A stretch of DNA of 64,000 bases from Escherichia coli (GTDB taxonomy: Bacteria; Pseudomonadota; Gammaproteobacteria; Enterobacterales; Enterobacteriaceae): NCBI RefSeq assembly GCF_030013595.1, contig NZ_CP122768.1; one strand, given 5' to 3'. Under the pieces are notes generated by a model. The model was not told where the DNA came from, did not search any database, and was given only the letters and a program-made list of their open reading frames with translations. Positions 12,587 through 25,626 of this stretch are shown in pieces (position 1 is the stretch's first letter; every line of letters starts with the position of its first letter). The position numbers and the translations under genes are program-made.

Positions 12587-13063
12587 ATGATATTATTTGT
12601 TGGATTTTTGTTGATGGAAATTGTTATGCCTCAGATTAGCCGGACCGCACTGGTACCCTACAGCGCGGAGCAAATGTATCAGTTAGTGAATGACGTTCAG
12701 TCTTATCCTCAGTTTTTGCCGGGTTGTACCGGAAGTCGGATTCTGGAGTCCACTCCTGGGCAGATGACTGCGGCGGTAGATGTCTCTAAGGCTGGGATCA
12801 GCAAAACGTTTACTACCCGCAACCAGTTGACCAGTAACCAAAGTATTCTTATGAATCTGGTGGATGGGCCGTTCAAGAAATTGATCGGTGGATGGAAGTT
12901 TACGCCGCTGAGCCAGGAGGCGTGTCGTATCGAGTTTCATCTCGATTTTGAGTTTACCAATAAGTTGATTGAACTCGCCTTTGGTCGCGTGTTTAAAGAG
13001 CTGGCGGCTAATATGGTCCGGGCTTTTACGGTTCGTGCGAAAGAGGTTTACAGTGCCAGGTAA
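12587..13063 (+). CDS. ratA: Ribosome association toxin RatA (SRPBCC/PasT family)
   Basis: 158 aa matching recalled K-12 RatA/YfjG; start may be the internal ATG at 12626 (MPQISR...). Confidence 0.85.
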
Positions 13064-13343
13064 AATTGCCGTTGAGGTGGCTTATGCGCTACCTGAGAAG
13101 CAGTACCTGCAGCGCGTGACGCTGCAGGAGGGCGCGACGGTTGAAGAAGCTATTCGCGCCAGTGGTTTGCTGGAATTGCGTACCGATATCGATTTAACTA
13201 AAAACAAAGTCGGCATTTACAGCCGTCCGGCCAAACTGAGCGATACCGTGCATGATGGCGATAGGGTGGAGATTTATCGTCCTCTCATTGCCGATCCGAA
13301 AGAGCTGCGCAGGCAACGAGCAGAAAAATCAGCGAATAAATAA
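13053..13343 (+). CDS. ratB: RatB / YfjF (RnfH-family protein), 96 aa
   Basis: GTG start at 13053 giving [41 protein letters not shown]...; overlaps ratA 3' end; ORF-track start 12969 is an upstream extension. Confidence 0.8.
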
Positions 13344-13350
13344 CAGACAG

Positions 13351-13379
13351 AAAAAAGGTGCTCATTGAGCACCTTTTTT
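13351..13379. terminator. Bidirectional intrinsic terminator between convergent ratB and bamE (AGGTGCTCA-loop-TGAGCACCT, A5 upstream, T5 downstream)
   Basis: Inverted repeat with flanking A and T runs. Confidence 0.6.
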
Positions 13380-13404
13380 AACGTCTTTGAGAGCAACTTT
13401 ATTA

Positions 13405-13746
13405 TTAGTTACCACTCAGCGCAGGTTTATTATCAATATTGGTCAACACCCCGCTACTATTAAAGGTCAGCGTCAGCGTTTGCTGCGTTACACCTTCATG
13501 ACCTGGTTGCTGGCGGAAGACATAGAACCAGGTATTCGTACCAAATGGATCGGACATCAGCGGTGTACCCAATGCGTACGCAACTTGTTGTTGCGTCATG
13601 CCAACGCGTATTTTGGATACGTCGTTAGCGGTCAGATAATTCCCTTGGTTGATATCAGGACGGTAAACCACTCGCTCCAGAGTGGAACAGCCTGCGGTCA
13701 ACATCAATAGTACTGCTGCTGCAGCAGTCAGCGTTTTACAGCGCAT
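13405..13746 (-). CDS. bamE: Outer membrane protein assembly factor BamE (SmpA lipoprotein)
   Basis: 113 aa, lipoprotein signal (LTAGCS), sequence matches recalled BamE. Confidence 0.95.
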
Positions 13747-13894
13747 AGTGATTTGATTCCTTTTCGGGCCCGAGCAGTACGTGGCTCATCTGTAATATGC
13801 CGATGATAATAGACCTTTCATCACTTTAAAACCTTTTGCTTTCCGGTCTTACGGCGTTTTGCTGTTTACTCTGACCGTGAAGCAGGAAAAAAGT

Positions 13895-15556
13895 TTACGC
13901 CGCAAGTAGTTCTTTCGCATTCGCCAGTGTGTTACGTGTGACTTCACTGCCACCAAGCAGGCGCGCCAGCTCTTGTAACCGCGCTTTTTTATCCAGGGAT
14001 TGCATATGCGTTTCTGTCATCGCACCATCGGTTTCTTTGCTGACAAAATAGTGTTGATGACCACATCCCGCGACTTGTGGCAGGTGGGTAACACACATCA
14101 CCTGAGTTGATTCGCCAAGTTGACGCAGCAGTTTGCCGACAACTGCCGCTGTTGGACCGCTAATCCCTACATCCACTTCATCAAAAATCAGTGCCGGGGT
14201 TTCCATTTTACGCGCCGTGATGACCTGAATTGCCAATGCGATGCGGGACAATTCACCACCGGATGCAACTTTGGCAATAGGCTGCATTGGCTGACCTGGG
14301 TTGGTGGTTACCCGAAACTCAATACGATCAGCGCCGTCAGCGCCCAGGTGATGCTCGTCAAATTTAATATCGATCGTAAACTGCCCATGTGGCATAGAGA
14401 GCGCATGCATACTTTTGGTGATCAGCTGTGCCAACTCATTTGCATAATGCTGGCGTTGCAGGTGTAATGCGTGCGCGGTTTCCAGTGCCTGCTGATGATG
14501 TTTCGTTACCGCCAGCGCGAGCGTTTCTTGTGAGTCGGCCTGATCGTCCAGTTGCTGCTGTTCTTCCAGTAGCGACTGGTAATACTGTGGCAATGCCTCA
14601 GGGCTGACGTGATGTTTACGTGCCAGCGAAATCTGTTTTGAGATGCGCTGTTCAAGTTCAAACAGTCGGTTGGGATCGAGATCCAGACGATCGCAGTAGT
14701 GGCGCAGTTCATCGCTGGCTTCAGTAATCTGGATGGTAGCTTCTTCCAGCATATCAAGTACGCCGGACAGTTTGCTGTCCATGCCAATCAATTCGCTCAC
14801 CAGTTGTTTAGCCGTGTAAAGCTGACTTTGCAGGTTTGCGTCTTCACCGTCGGCCATTACTGCCAATGCATTCTGGCTGGTAGTCAGCAATTGACCGCTG
14901 TTCGCCAGACGTTTGTACTCTTCGTCGATTTGCTCAAACTCTCCGGGCTGCGGATTAAATTCGTTAAGTTCTTTTAATTGGTATTGCAGCAGTTCTGCAC
15001 GGGCGGCGCGTTCCTGACTTAACTGTTGATGATGCGCGAGGTCACGGCAGCTTTGATGCCACAACTGATAACGTGCGGTCATTTCCTGGAGTAGAGAGGT
15101 TTCATTGGCATAGCCATCAAGCAGGAATTTTTGGTGCTCGGGTTTGGTGAGTAACTGATGAGCGTGCTGACCATGGATCTGAATCAGCAACTGACCCAGT
15201 TCGCGCAGTTGTGAAAGAGGAACCGCTGTACCGTTGATAAAACCACGGGAGCGACCATCGCTGCTGATTACGCGACGAAGCAAACATTCATGCCCGTCTT
15301 CAAGCTGGTTTTCTTCCAGCCAGCGCAGGGCCGCTGGCGTATCTTTCAGAGAAAAACGGGCGCACAGGTCGGCACGAGCAGCGCCGGTACGCACCATGTC
15401 GGCTTCAGCGCGACCACCGAGACAAAGGCCGAGGGCATCTATTGCAATAGATTTACCCGCGCCGGTCTCGCCAGTTATTACGGTCATGCCGCTATGAAAA
15501 TCAATCTCAAGCTCACGAACGATAGCAAAGTTGCTGATGGTCAGTTGTGCCAACAT
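13895..15556 (-). CDS. recN: DNA repair protein RecN
   Basis: 553 aa, N-terminal Walker A (GETGAGKS), SMC-like coiled coil, matches recalled RecN. Confidence 0.95.
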   Translation of the reverse strand: MLAQLTISNFAIVRELEIDFHSGMTVITGETGAGKSIAIDALGLCLGGRAEADMVRTGAARADLCARFSLKDTPAALRWLEENQLEDGHECLLRRVISSDGRSRGFINGTAVPLSQLRELGQLLIQIHGQHAHQLLTKPEHQKFLLDGYANETSLLQEMTARYQLWHQSCRDLAHHQQLSQERAARAELLQYQLKELNEFNPQPGEFEQIDEEYKRLANSGQLLTTSQNALAVMADGEDANLQSQLYTAKQLVSELIGMDSKLSGVLDMLEEATIQITEASDELRHYCDRLDLDPNRLFELEQRISKQISLARKHHVSPEALPQYYQSLLEEQQQLDDQADSQETLALAVTKHHQQALETAHALHLQRQHYANELAQLITKSMHALSMPHGQFTIDIKFDEHHLGADGADRIEFRVTTNPGQPMQPIAKVASGGELSRIALAIQVITARKMETPALIFDEVDVGISGPTAAVVGKLLRQLGESTQVMCVTHLPQVAGCGHQHYFVSKETDGAMTETHMQSLDKKARLQELARLLGGSEVTRNTLANAKELLAA

Positions 15557-15566
15557 AGTTGTTTTC

Positions 15567-15622
15567 CTGTATGAAAAACCATTACTGTTATTGTGTACAG
15601 TATAAACTGGTTTTATATACAG
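15567..15622 (-). promoter_or_regulatory. recN SOS operator region: LexA boxes CTGT-N8-ACAG at 15585-15600 and CTGG-N8-ACAG at 15607-15622, plus weaker third site at 15567-15582
   Basis: Palindromic CTGT..ACAG motifs immediately upstream of recN start; matches the known three-operator recN promoter. Confidence 0.65.
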
Positions 15623-15641
15623 TAAAGAGGCTGGCGTAAAA

Positions 15642-16520
15642 TTAGAATAATTTTTTTGACCAGCCGAGCTTGGTGCTTAATGTATTGAAATAACTGTAAT
15701 CTTTCGGATGAATCAGATTCAGATGGTAATCACAGCGACGAATCAGGACATCTTCACCTTCCTGAATCGGCAGTGCTATCTGGCTGTCGCAACTGATTTC
15801 CAGGTCGTTACGGCGATGCGAAAAACGCAGACGGATCGTGCTGCTGCTGTTTATCACCAGCGGTCGCGCTGACAACGTATGCGGGAACATGGGCACCAGG
15901 GTAATCGCATCCAGAGAGGGTGTCAGAATAGGACCGCCCGCAGAGAGGGAATAGGCGGTGGAGCCTGTTGGCGTCGAAATAATCAGGCCATCAGAACGCT
16001 GAGAAAACGCAAAGATCTCGTCGATATACACTTCGAACTCAATCATATGCGCCACTTTGCCAGGATGAAGTACCACTTCGTTAATCGCCGTGCTGATGCG
16101 TTTCTGGCAATCTTGCTGACAAACTTGCGCTTCCAGCAAAAAACGTTTCTCGCTGATGTAGTGGCCTTCCAGCACATCGGCTAATTGTTGCTGGGCGTTA
16201 TCGGGATCAAGGTCGGTCAGGAAACCCAGGTTGCCACGGTTGATTCCAATAACTTTAATATCGTAACGGGCGAGTGTGCGTGCCGCGCCCAGCATATTAC
16301 CGTCGCCACCAACGACTACCGCGAGATCAGCCAGTTGTCCAATCTCCGCGAGCGTGCCAGTTTTCACATTCTTCAGTTGCAGTTCGTGAGCGATTTGCTG
16401 CTCAACGATGACCTCGTAACCTTTTGTGCACAGCCAGCGGTAGAGCATTTCATGTGTTGTCAGTGCAGTGGGGTGCCGTGGGTGTCCCACAATGCCAATA
16501 CACTTGAAATGATTATTCAT
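15642..16520 (-). CDS. nadK: NAD kinase
   Basis: 292 aa, GGDGN motif, matches recalled NadK. Confidence 0.95.
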
Positions 16521-16566
16521 TTTTCCGAGGTCCTTGTTGCGAAGATTGATGACAATGTGAGTGCTT

Positions 16567-16597
16567 CCCTTGAAACCCTGAAACTGATCCCCATAAT
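16567..16597 (+). promoter_or_regulatory. Sigma32 heat-shock promoter of grpE (-35 CCCTTGAAA, 13-bp spacer, -10 CCCCATAAT)
   Basis: Close match to the sigma32 consensus CTTGAAA-N13-15-CCCCATNT upstream of grpE. Confidence 0.6.
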
Positions 16598-16609
16598 AAG
16601 CGAAGTTAG

Positions 16610-17236
<627 letters not shown>

Positions 17237-17258
17237 TTTCTGCTTTCGTAATAAATCA

Positions 17259-17288
17259 CGGCCCAGCATGCGAATGCCGGGCCGTTTT
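17259..17288 (+). terminator. Intrinsic terminator downstream of grpE (CGGCCC-loop-GGGCCG + T4)
   Basis: 6-bp GC stem followed by TTTT. Confidence 0.5.
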
Positions 17289-17290
17289 CG

Positions 17291-18553
17291 TTACTCCGCC
17301 ACACTCTCGCGCAGCGGTTTCACAGGAAAAACTTTTACCTGTTTAATCATATTGTCCTGTACGTCGAGAATATCGATATCGTACTCGCCAATACGTACAC
17401 GGGTGCCCGCGACCGGGATCTCTTCCAGTGCCTCAAGAATGACGCCATTAACCGTTCGTGCATCATCTTCCGGTAGATGCCAGTTAAAGGCTTTGTTGAT
17501 TTCCCGCACGTTGGCGGTGCCATCAATAATCACCGAACCGTCGTTTTGCGGCGTGACCTCTTCGGCAAGTGTTGGCGACATGGACGTGGTGAAATCACCG
17601 ACGATCTCTTCCAGAATATCTTCAACCGTCACCAGTCCCTGAATGTCTCCATACTCGTTGACGACCAGGCCGACTTTCTTTTTGTTGCGCTGAAACTTCA
17701 CCAACTGCGTGCTGAGGGGCGTACCTTCCGGGACAAAATAGATCTCGTCCGCGGCGCGCAGCATGGTTTCTTTGGTGAACTCTTTTTTCTCCGACATCAA
17801 CCGCCAGGCTTCACGTACTCGCAGCATACTGATGGCGTCGTCCAGCGAATCACGGTAGAGCACGATGCGCCCGTGAGGTGAGTGGGATAGTTGGCGCAGA
17901 ATCGATTTCCAGTCATCGTTGATATCAATACCGATAATTTCACTGCGCGGCACCATGATGTCATCAACGGTCATCTTTTCCAGATCGAGCACAGACAGCA
18001 GCATATCCTGATTGCGACGGGAAATTTGTGAGCGCGACTCATGCACGATAGTGCGCAACTCTTCTTTGCTCAAAGAGCCGCTAACCACGATATCGGTTTT
18101 GATACCCATCATGCGCATCAGCATACGGGTGATAGCATTCAGCAACCAGACCAGCGGCATCATCAAAATTTGCAGCGGAGCCAGCAGAAAACTACTCGGA
18201 TAAGCGACTTTTTCCGGGTACAGCGCGGCAATGGTTTTCGGCAATACCTCAGCAAATACTAGTACGACAAAAGTCAGCACACCAGTTGCAATTGCCACGC
18301 CCGCATCGCCGTACAAACGCATCCCAACAATAGTGCCGAGCGCGGAGGCAAGAATATTGACCAGGTTATTGCCGATTAACACCAGGCTTATCAGGCGGTC
18401 TGGCTTACGCAGCAATTTTTCGACGCGTTTGGCCGAGCGATTACCCTGTTTCGCCATATGTCGCAGACGATAGCGGTTGAGGGTCATCATTCCGGTTTCG
18501 GACCCGGAAAAATAGGCTGAAATGACCACCATGATGATCAGAATAATGATCAA
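17291..18553 (-). CDS. yfjD: Inner membrane protein YfjD (DUF21-CBS-CorC/HlyC family putative transporter)
   Basis: 420 aa, N-terminal TM region followed by CBS pair and CorC_HlyC-type C-terminus; matches recalled K-12 YfjD. Confidence 0.9.
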   Translation of the reverse strand: MIIILIIMVVISAYFSGSETGMMTLNRYRLRHMAKQGNRSAKRVEKLLRKPDRLISLVLIGNNLVNILASALGTIVGMRLYGDAGVAIATGVLTFVVLVFAEVLPKTIAALYPEKVAYPSSFLLAPLQILMMPLVWLLNAITRMLMRMMGIKTDIVVSGSLSKEELRTIVHESRSQISRRNQDMLLSVLDLEKMTVDDIMVPRSEIIGIDINDDWKSILRQLSHSPHGRIVLYRDSLDDAISMLRVREAWRLMSEKKEFTKETMLRAADEIYFVPEGTPLSTQLVKFQRNKKKVGLVVNEYGDIQGLVTVEDILEEIVGDFTTSMSPTLAEEVTPQNDGSVIIDGTANVREINKAFNWHLPEDDARTVNGVILEALEEIPVAGTRVRIGEYDIDILDVQDNMIKQVKVFPVKPLRESVAE

Positions 18554-18597
18554 CGTAGTAGTAGAAATGTGTTCCAGGGGAAACTCCTTTTCTGGGT

Positions 18598-19389
18598 TTA
18601 GCTGATTAACTGCTGGACAATTCGGCTGCCGAAGTAGGCCAGTGTCAGAATGACTGCACCCGCAACGTTAAACCAGACGACGCGGCGTCCACGCCATCCT
18701 TCATGATAATGTCCCCACAGCAGCACAATATAGACAAACCACGCCACGATAGAGAGCACGGCCTTGTCGATATTTTCCATGCTAAATAAGTTGTGCATGT
18801 AGAACAGGCCAGTGCAAAGCGTGAGCGTTAGCAGCACCACGCCAATCTGCGTGATGTGGAACATTTTACGCTCGATACTCATTAATGGCGGCATTTCCTG
18901 GTTAAACGCCAGCTTCTTGTTCTTCAGTTGGTAATCAATCCACGCCAGTTGCAGCGCGTACAGGGCGGCGATAATCAGCGTGGCATAGGAAAAGAGCGAT
19001 AAGCCAATGTGCACCAGCATCCCAGGCGTTGCTTCCAGATGAGTGATGTATTCATTGGGCATGAAGGTCGCCAGCGCCAGGTTGATAAGCGCAAAGGCAT
19101 AGACAATGGGTAGCAGCAACCAGCCACGATTGCGAGAAGCCACAATGGTCATTACCGTACAGATCATCAAACTGACCAATGAACCAACGTTCAGCAGGCT
19201 GAGGTTTTGTCCGCTATCACCGTCGGGCAGGATGCGGGCTTCCAGAGCGATTGCGTGGCAGACCAGCGCAATGACCGCAGAAATAATAGCCATGCGCCGC
19301 CAGCCGCCGTTTTTTTGCAGCAGACCGGGAACAATCAGCGCAAGACTGACGGAGTAGGCGACAAGCGCGAGCAGAGCAAAAACGGGCAT
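18598..19389 (-). CDS. ypjD: Inner membrane protein YpjD (CcmC/cytochrome c assembly-like family)
   Basis: Polytopic membrane protein divergent from ffh as in K-12; start placed at internal ATG (MPVFALLALVAY...), ORF-track start 19464 is probably an extension. Confidence 0.8.
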   Translation of the reverse strand: MPVFALLALVAYSVSLALIVPGLLQKNGGWRRMAIISAVIALVCHAIALEARILPDGDSGQNLSLLNVGSLVSLMICTVMTIVASRNRGWLLLPIVYAFALINLALATFMPNEYITHLEATPGMLVHIGLSLFSYATLIIAALYALQLAWIDYQLKNKKLAFNQEMPPLMSIERKMFHITQIGVVLLTLTLCTGLFYMHNLFSMENIDKAVLSIVAWFVYIVLLWGHYHEGWRGRRVVWFNVAGAVILTLAYFGSRIVQQLIS

Positions 19390-19555
19390 AGTGATGTCGA
19401 CAGTTTGAGCAATAAGAAAGAGAAGCAGTATAGCGTCAGGTGAACGCTGCTCCAACCGTTGCATAACAACAAAGACGCCTTCATGTTATACTGCGGCAAA
19501 ATACTGATGATGTGTCGCGATTGCGGCCAACCGTTTCCACCCCAGGCGAGAGACA

Positions 19556-20917
19556 ATGTTTGATAATTTAACCGATCGTTTGTCGCGCACGCTGCGCAAT
19601 ATCAGTGGCCGTGGACGCCTCACTGAAGACAACGTAAAAGATACGCTGCGCGAAGTGCGCATGGCGCTGCTGGAGGCGGACGTCGCTCTGCCGGTAGTGC
19701 GTGAGTTTATCAATCGCGTAAAAGAGAAAGCGGTTGGTCATGAAGTTAATAAGAGCCTGACGCCGGGGCAGGAGTTCGTCAAAATCGTCCGTAACGAACT
19801 GGTTGCGGCGATGGGCGAACAGAACCAGACCCTGAACCTGGCTGCGCAACCGCCAGCGGTCGTGCTGATGGCGGGCCTGCAAGGTGCCGGTAAAACAACC
19901 AGCGTTGGTAAACTCGGTAAGTTCCTGCGCGAGAAGCACAAGAAGAAAGTGCTGGTGGTTTCCGCCGACGTTTATCGCCCGGCGGCAATCAAACAGCTTG
20001 AGACGCTGGCAGAGCAGGTGGGCGTTGATTTCTTCCCTTCTGATGTTGGTCAGAAGCCGGTAGATATCGTTAACGCGGCGCTGAAAGAAGCCAAACTGAA
20101 ATTCTACGACGTGCTGCTGGTGGATACCGCTGGTCGTCTGCACGTTGACGAAGCGATGATGGATGAGATCAAACAAGTCCATGCGTCGATTAATCCGGTT
20201 GAAACCCTGTTTGTGGTTGACGCCATGACCGGTCAGGATGCGGCCAATACGGCAAAAGCATTTAATGAAGCGTTACCGCTTACCGGCGTAGTGTTGACCA
20301 AAGTGGACGGCGATGCCCGCGGCGGTGCGGCACTCTCTATTCGTCACATCACTGGCAAACCGATCAAGTTCCTCGGTGTTGGCGAGAAAACTGAGGCGCT
20401 GGAGCCGTTCCATCCGGACCGCATCGCGTCGCGTATTCTCGGCATGGGCGACGTACTGTCACTGATCGAAGATATCGAAAGCAAAGTTGACCGCGCGCAG
20501 GCAGAGAAATTAGCCAGCAAGCTGAAAAAAGGCGACGGCTTCGATCTCAACGACTTTCTTGAGCAGCTGCGCCAGATGAAAAATATGGGCGGCATGGCTA
20601 GCCTGATGGGCAAGCTGCCGGGCATGGGGCAGATCCCGGATAACGTCAAGTCGCAGATGGACGATAAAGTGCTGGTGCGTATGGAAGCCATCATCAACTC
20701 GATGACGATGAAAGAGCGCGCTAAGCCAGAAATCATCAAAGGTTCGCGTAAGCGTCGTATCGCCGCCGGTTGCGGGATGCAGGTACAGGACGTTAACCGC
20801 CTTCTGAAGCAGTTCGACGACATGCAGCGCATGATGAAGAAAATGAAGAAGGGCGGAATGGCGAAGATGATGAGAAGCATGAAGGGTATGATGCCGCCGG
20901 GATTTCCTGGTCGCTAA
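19556..20917 (+). CDS. ffh: Signal recognition particle protein Ffh
   Basis: 453 aa, SRP54-type GTPase (GLQGAGKTT, DTAGR, TKVDGDARGG) and Met-rich M domain. Confidence 0.95.
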   Translation: MFDNLTDRLSRTLRNISGRGRLTEDNVKDTLREVRMALLEADVALPVVREFINRVKEKAVGHEVNKSLTPGQEFVKIVRNELVAAMGEQNQTLNLAAQPPAVVLMAGLQGAGKTTSVGKLGKFLREKHKKKVLVVSADVYRPAAIKQLETLAEQVGVDFFPSDVGQKPVDIVNAALKEAKLKFYDVLLVDTAGRLHVDEAMMDEIKQVHASINPVETLFVVDAMTGQDAANTAKAFNEALPLTGVVLTKVDGDARGGAALSIRHITGKPIKFLGVGEKTEALEPFHPDRIASRILGMGDVLSLIEDIESKVDRAQAEKLASKLKKGDGFDLNDFLEQLRQMKNMGGMASLMGKLPGMGQIPDNVKSQMDDKVLVRMEAIINSMTMKERAKPEIIKGSRKRRIAAGCGMQVQDVNRLLKQFDDMQRMMKKMKKGGMAKMMRSMKGMMPPGFPGR

Positions 20918-21062
20918 TCGGCCTGGCTTGTTTGCCATTTTGGCACCGGGGTGTGCTCGTCATCCTCACGTACTGCGTGTACGCTCCGGTGACTGCGCGC
21001 ACTCCGGCACCAGACTGGCTGCACCGCCGACGGCCTTTTACAGCAGAGTTAGCAACTGTTGA

Positions 21063-21414
<352 letters not shown>

Positions 21415-21432
21415 TCTGTCACGGTGGTCATG

Positions 21433-21981
21433 ATGAGCAAACAACTCACCGCGCAAGCACCTGTTGATCCCATCGTTTTGGGAAAAATGGGTTCGTCTTA
21501 CGGTATTCGTGGGTGGCTCAGAGTGTTTTCTTCCACCGAAGACGCCGAAAGCATTTTTGACTATCAGCCCTGGTTTATCCAGAAGGCGGGTCAGTGGCAG
21601 CAAGTCCAGCTGGAAAGCTGGAAGCACCACAATCAGGACATGATCATCAAGCTGAAAGGCGTTGACGATCGTGATGCGGCGAACCTGCTGACGAATTGTG
21701 AAATTGTCGTGGATTCATCGCAGCTGCCTCAGCTTGAAGAGGGTGACTACTACTGGAAAGACCTGATGGGCTGCCAGGTAGTAACCACTGAAGGCTACGA
21801 TCTCGGTAAAGTCGTCGATATGATGGAAACCGGATCTAATGACGTTCTCGTCATTAAGGCAAACCTGAAAGATGCGTTTGGTATCAAGGAACGTCTCGTA
21901 CCGTTCCTCGATGGGCAGGTTATCAAGAAAGTCGATCTCACTACTCGTTCAATCGAAGTAGATTGGGATCCTGGTTTTTAA
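21433..21981 (+). CDS. rimM: Ribosome maturation factor RimM
   Basis: 182 aa starting [37 protein letters not shown]. Confidence 0.9.
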
Positions 21982-22011
21982 ACCACCGGATAAACGGTAA
22001 AAGACGGCGCT

Positions 22012-22779
22012 ATGTGGATTGGCATAATTAGCCTGTTTCCTGAAATGTTCCGCGCAATTACCGATTACGGGGTAACTGGCCGGGCAGTTAAAAATGGCCT
22101 GCTGAGCATCCAGAGCTGGAGTCCTCGCGACTTCACGCATGACCGGCACCGTACCGTGGACGATCGTCCTTACGGCGGCGGACCGGGGATGTTAATGATG
22201 GTGCAACCTTTGCGGGACGCCATTCATGCAGCAAAAGCCGCGGCGGGTGAAGGCGCAAAGGTGATTTATCTGTCACCACAGGGACGCAAGCTTGATCAAG
22301 AGGGCGTCAGCGAACTGGCAACGAATCAAAAATTGATTCTGGTGTGCGGTCGCTACGAAGGTATAGATGAGCGCGTGATCCAAACCGAAATTGACGAAGA
22401 ATGGTCAATCGGCGATTACGTTCTCAGTGGTGGTGAGTTACCAGCAATGACGCTGATTGACTCCGTTTCCCGGTTTATTCCGGGAGTACTGGGACATGAA
22501 GCCTCGGCAACGGAAGATTCCTTTGCTGAAGGATTGCTGGATTGCCCGCACTATACGCGGCCTGAGGTGTTAGAAGGGATGGAAGTTCCGTCAGTGTTAC
22601 TGTCGGGCAACCATGCCGAGATACGTCGCTGGCGTTTGAAACAGTCGCTGGGCCGTACCTGGCTTAGAAGACCTGAACTTCTGGAAAACCTGGCTCTGAC
22701 TGAAGAGCAAGCAAGGTTGCTGGCGGAGTTCAAAACGGAACACGCACAACAGCAACATAAACATGATGGGATGGCGTAA
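22012..22779 (+). CDS. trmD: tRNA (guanine37-N1)-methyltransferase TrmD
   Basis: 255 aa, [13 protein letters not shown]..., SPOUT fold motifs. Confidence 0.95.
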   Translation: MWIGIISLFPEMFRAITDYGVTGRAVKNGLLSIQSWSPRDFTHDRHRTVDDRPYGGGPGMLMMVQPLRDAIHAAKAAAGEGAKVIYLSPQGRKLDQEGVSELATNQKLILVCGRYEGIDERVIQTEIDEEWSIGDYVLSGGELPAMTLIDSVSRFIPGVLGHEASATEDSFAEGLLDCPHYTRPEVLEGMEVPSVLLSGNHAEIRRWRLKQSLGRTWLRRPELLENLALTEEQARLLAEFKTEHAQQQHKHDGMA

Positions 22780-22817
22780 GCCCCCGAGATATCAGTTTAC
22801 CCAGGATAAGAGATTAA

Positions 22818-23168
<351 letters not shown>

Positions 23169-23196
23169 GATTTCGCTTAAGCGACATCCTGTTAAG

Positions 23197-23227
23197 AAGG
23201 GCTGGCCAATTGGCTGGCCCTTTTTTT
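23197..23227 (+). terminator. Intrinsic terminator after rplS (AAGGGC-loop-GCCCTT + T7)
   Basis: 6-bp stem enclosing palindromic loop, followed by TTTTTTT. Confidence 0.6.
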
Positions 23228-23244
23228 GTCTGTTTGCTCGTGTT

Positions 23245-23727
23245 TTAAGGGGTTGTAATCACCACTGCGACGCGGCGGTTCTCGGCGCGGCCCTGGGCGG
23301 TCTTGTTACTGGCTATGGGATATTTTTTTCCTAAACCCTGTGTGGTGAGATTGCTGCGTGGAATTTTTCCACCCATAGCCCATGCATCGGCCACGACATT
23401 CGCCCGTTTCAATGATAAGCCTTCGTTGTAACTGTCTTCACCATAGTTATCGGTGTGTCCATCCATACGGGCATGTGTTAGCCCTGTCGAGGCCAATTTG
23501 GCTGCCATGGTTTGGATCTGTTGCTGGCTTTCCGGGAGCAATTTGTAGTCATTTTTTGCGAACAGAATGGCATCTGATAAGCCCAGCGACCAGTCGCCGG
23601 CGGATTCAGTAAATCCATAAGATTGCATAGCGACGACTTGCTCAGGAGTAAACTTTCCCTGAGGGGACTGGCAGCCAGTCAGTACTAGCGAGGTGAAAAT
23701 CAGGGGTGCTACCAGGTGCTTTATCAT
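23245..23727 (-). CDS. yfiB: OmpA-family lipoprotein YfiB (activator of DgcN via sequestration of YfiR)
   Basis: 160 aa, lipobox LTGC, C-terminal OmpA-like peptidoglycan-binding motif (NRRVAVVI); last gene of yfiR-yfiN-yfiB. Confidence 0.9.
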   Translation of the reverse strand: MIKHLVAPLIFTSLVLTGCQSPQGKFTPEQVVAMQSYGFTESAGDWSLGLSDAILFAKNDYKLLPESQQQIQTMAAKLASTGLTHARMDGHTDNYGEDSYNEGLSLKRANVVADAWAMGGKIPRSNLTTQGLGKKYPIASNKTAQGRAENRRVAVVITTP

Positions 23728-23742
23728 ATCGATATATCCTTG

Positions 23743-24969
23743 TTATCTCACCAGCTTTTCGGCACGCTGGTGTTTGGCCTGATACATATTGTGATCGGCC
23801 AGCTCTTGTAATTTTTCCGCAGAAGCGTGCGCAATGGTCATTGCGTAACCAATGCTTAATGTCATGGTGGTCTGATGGCCATTATGAAGATCAAACGGGC
23901 GATTAAAGATTTGTGTCAGTGCTGAGCATATCTGCTGCACTTCAGATTCCGACTGTACATCATAGAGCACCATCGCGAATTCATCGCCGCCCAGGCGGTA
24001 TGCTTTATGTTGCAGCCCGCCAAATTCAGCTAACCGTTTTGCGATTTCAATCAAGACTCTATCGCCCGTCGCATGACCCCAGGTATCATTGATATATTTG
24101 AAATTATCGCCATCAAGAAATAGTAACGCCGACGTTTTTCGGGCATCGGAACTGTTCATCAACGTGTTGATACCGCTACGAAACGCTGCGCGGTTAGCCA
24201 GCCCGGTTAATGGGTCATGTAGTGCGGTACGTAGAAGCTGCGCATTTTTGGCCTGTAAACGAAGCTGCCACTCTTCCATTTCATCCAGCAGACTGTTGAA
24301 GTCGAGAGCGAAGCGGTGAAACTCTGCGATACGTTCTTCCGAAACTCGTCGGGAAAAATTGCGGTTGGAACGCACATCATGTACGACATCGGTGATGTTT
24401 TTTAACGCTTCAACCAGACCATTGTGCAAATGGCGGGTGAGGGTAATTGCGATGCCTGATGCCAGCAGAATGCAGGCGGTCAGGACAGCGAGCGAAAACC
24501 AGATGAAATGGCTGATTGAACTGTCGCGAGCGGTTAAGCGAACTTCGCCAATGGTTTCACCATTGTGACGAATCGGCTGAACGATGGGGGCAGGGAAGAG
24601 CCAGTGGCTTATGAAATTACTGGAAGTATCGCCTGGATCCTTACGGGTGTAATGCCAGGATGCCAGAATATTTTGCTGCTTATCACGCACTTCTGCAGTT
24701 GAAAATTGGCCTTGCTGCCCCAGCGCTGCCAGTGTTTCAGTTGCTGCAGAGCCATCGGCAAAAACGACCGCTGCTTCCAGACTGTAAGTCATTGTTGCTG
24801 CTGTCAGTGCCAGGTTTTTTTGCGCGTACTGTTTCAGGGTCAGCACCGAGGTCACGGAAAGCAGCAACCAGATCAGCATCATAGTGATAAATATGCTGGT
24901 CATACTGATGTTGCGTAATGCTCTTTTAAACGTGGGGCGCTTATTAAGAGAATTATCGTTATCCATCAT
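23743..24969 (-). CDS. dgcN: Diguanylate cyclase DgcN (YfiN), membrane-bound GGDEF protein
   Basis: 408 aa, TM-periplasmic-TM-HAMP then GGDEF domain with RLGGDEF active-site motif. Confidence 0.9.
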   Translation of the reverse strand: MMDNDNSLNKRPTFKRALRNISMTSIFITMMLIWLLLSVTSVLTLKQYAQKNLALTAATMTYSLEAAVVFADGSAATETLAALGQQGQFSTAEVRDKQQNILASWHYTRKDPGDTSSNFISHWLFPAPIVQPIRHNGETIGEVRLTARDSSISHFIWFSLAVLTACILLASGIAITLTRHLHNGLVEALKNITDVVHDVRSNRNFSRRVSEERIAEFHRFALDFNSLLDEMEEWQLRLQAKNAQLLRTALHDPLTGLANRAAFRSGINTLMNSSDARKTSALLFLDGDNFKYINDTWGHATGDRVLIEIAKRLAEFGGLQHKAYRLGGDEFAMVLYDVQSESEVQQICSALTQIFNRPFDLHNGHQTTMTLSIGYAMTIAHASAEKLQELADHNMYQAKHQRAEKLVR

Positions 24970-25477
24970 TTTTCTTCCGTGCGAGCATTAAGACATCCGG
25001 GTTGACCTTTACTCCGCTACGCGATAAGGCATCCAGGTTTACGGCAAATCTGACGTCATTATTGTGGATGATCAGACAAAAGGCGCTACCAATAATGCAC
25101 TCGGTATTTTGTTCGGCAATTAATAATAACGCCCTTGACGGATATTGTTCGGTTAATTCCATCTGGAATGTCGGTGACTCGTTGCCAAAATAAAAACCAT
25201 TGCAGCCTGAAATCATCGCCTCTTGTTGAGTGTGAATGATGACAGGCAGATAAGGCAAAGATGTCGCGGCATTCTCTTGTAGGGCGGTACTAAAACGTGA
25301 AGATGAAAAGATACATAACTTTGGTGGCCCTGATAGCGCAGGCCAGCGGGTGTAACTGACAATACCGGAAACCATCATACGCACGTTTTTCGCAACGTCA
25401 GAAGATTCCTGAGCGAGTATTGGTGCTCCCGTCAGCAGGAGAATCAGCAGTAAGAACAGTCGGTGAGAAAAACGCAT
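24959..25477 (-). CDS. yfiR: Periplasmic repressor of DgcN, YfiR
   Basis: 172 aa with signal peptide; first gene of the yfiRNB cluster as in K-12. Confidence 0.9.
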   Translation of the reverse strand: MRFSHRLFLLLILLLTGAPILAQESSDVAKNVRMMVSGIVSYTRWPALSGPPKLCIFSSSRFSTALQENAATSLPYLPVIIHTQQEAMISGCNGFYFGNESPTFQMELTEQYPSRALLLIAEQNTECIIGSAFCLIIHNNDVRFAVNLDALSRSGVKVNPDVLMLARKKNDG

Positions 25478-25626
25478 TCAGGGATCCTCACCATCTTCGC
25501 TCGAAATGCATCGATATTTTTTCAGAATGCTCATTAAAATATCATTCTTTCATGCGGTCGTCATCAATGTGAGAAATAAAACACAATGAGCAAAATCTCA
25601 TGCTTAATTTATTTGCGGGGGTTTAA

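Noticed and set aside
19568-20182. 204-aa minus-strand ORF
   Set aside because: Antisense to ffh
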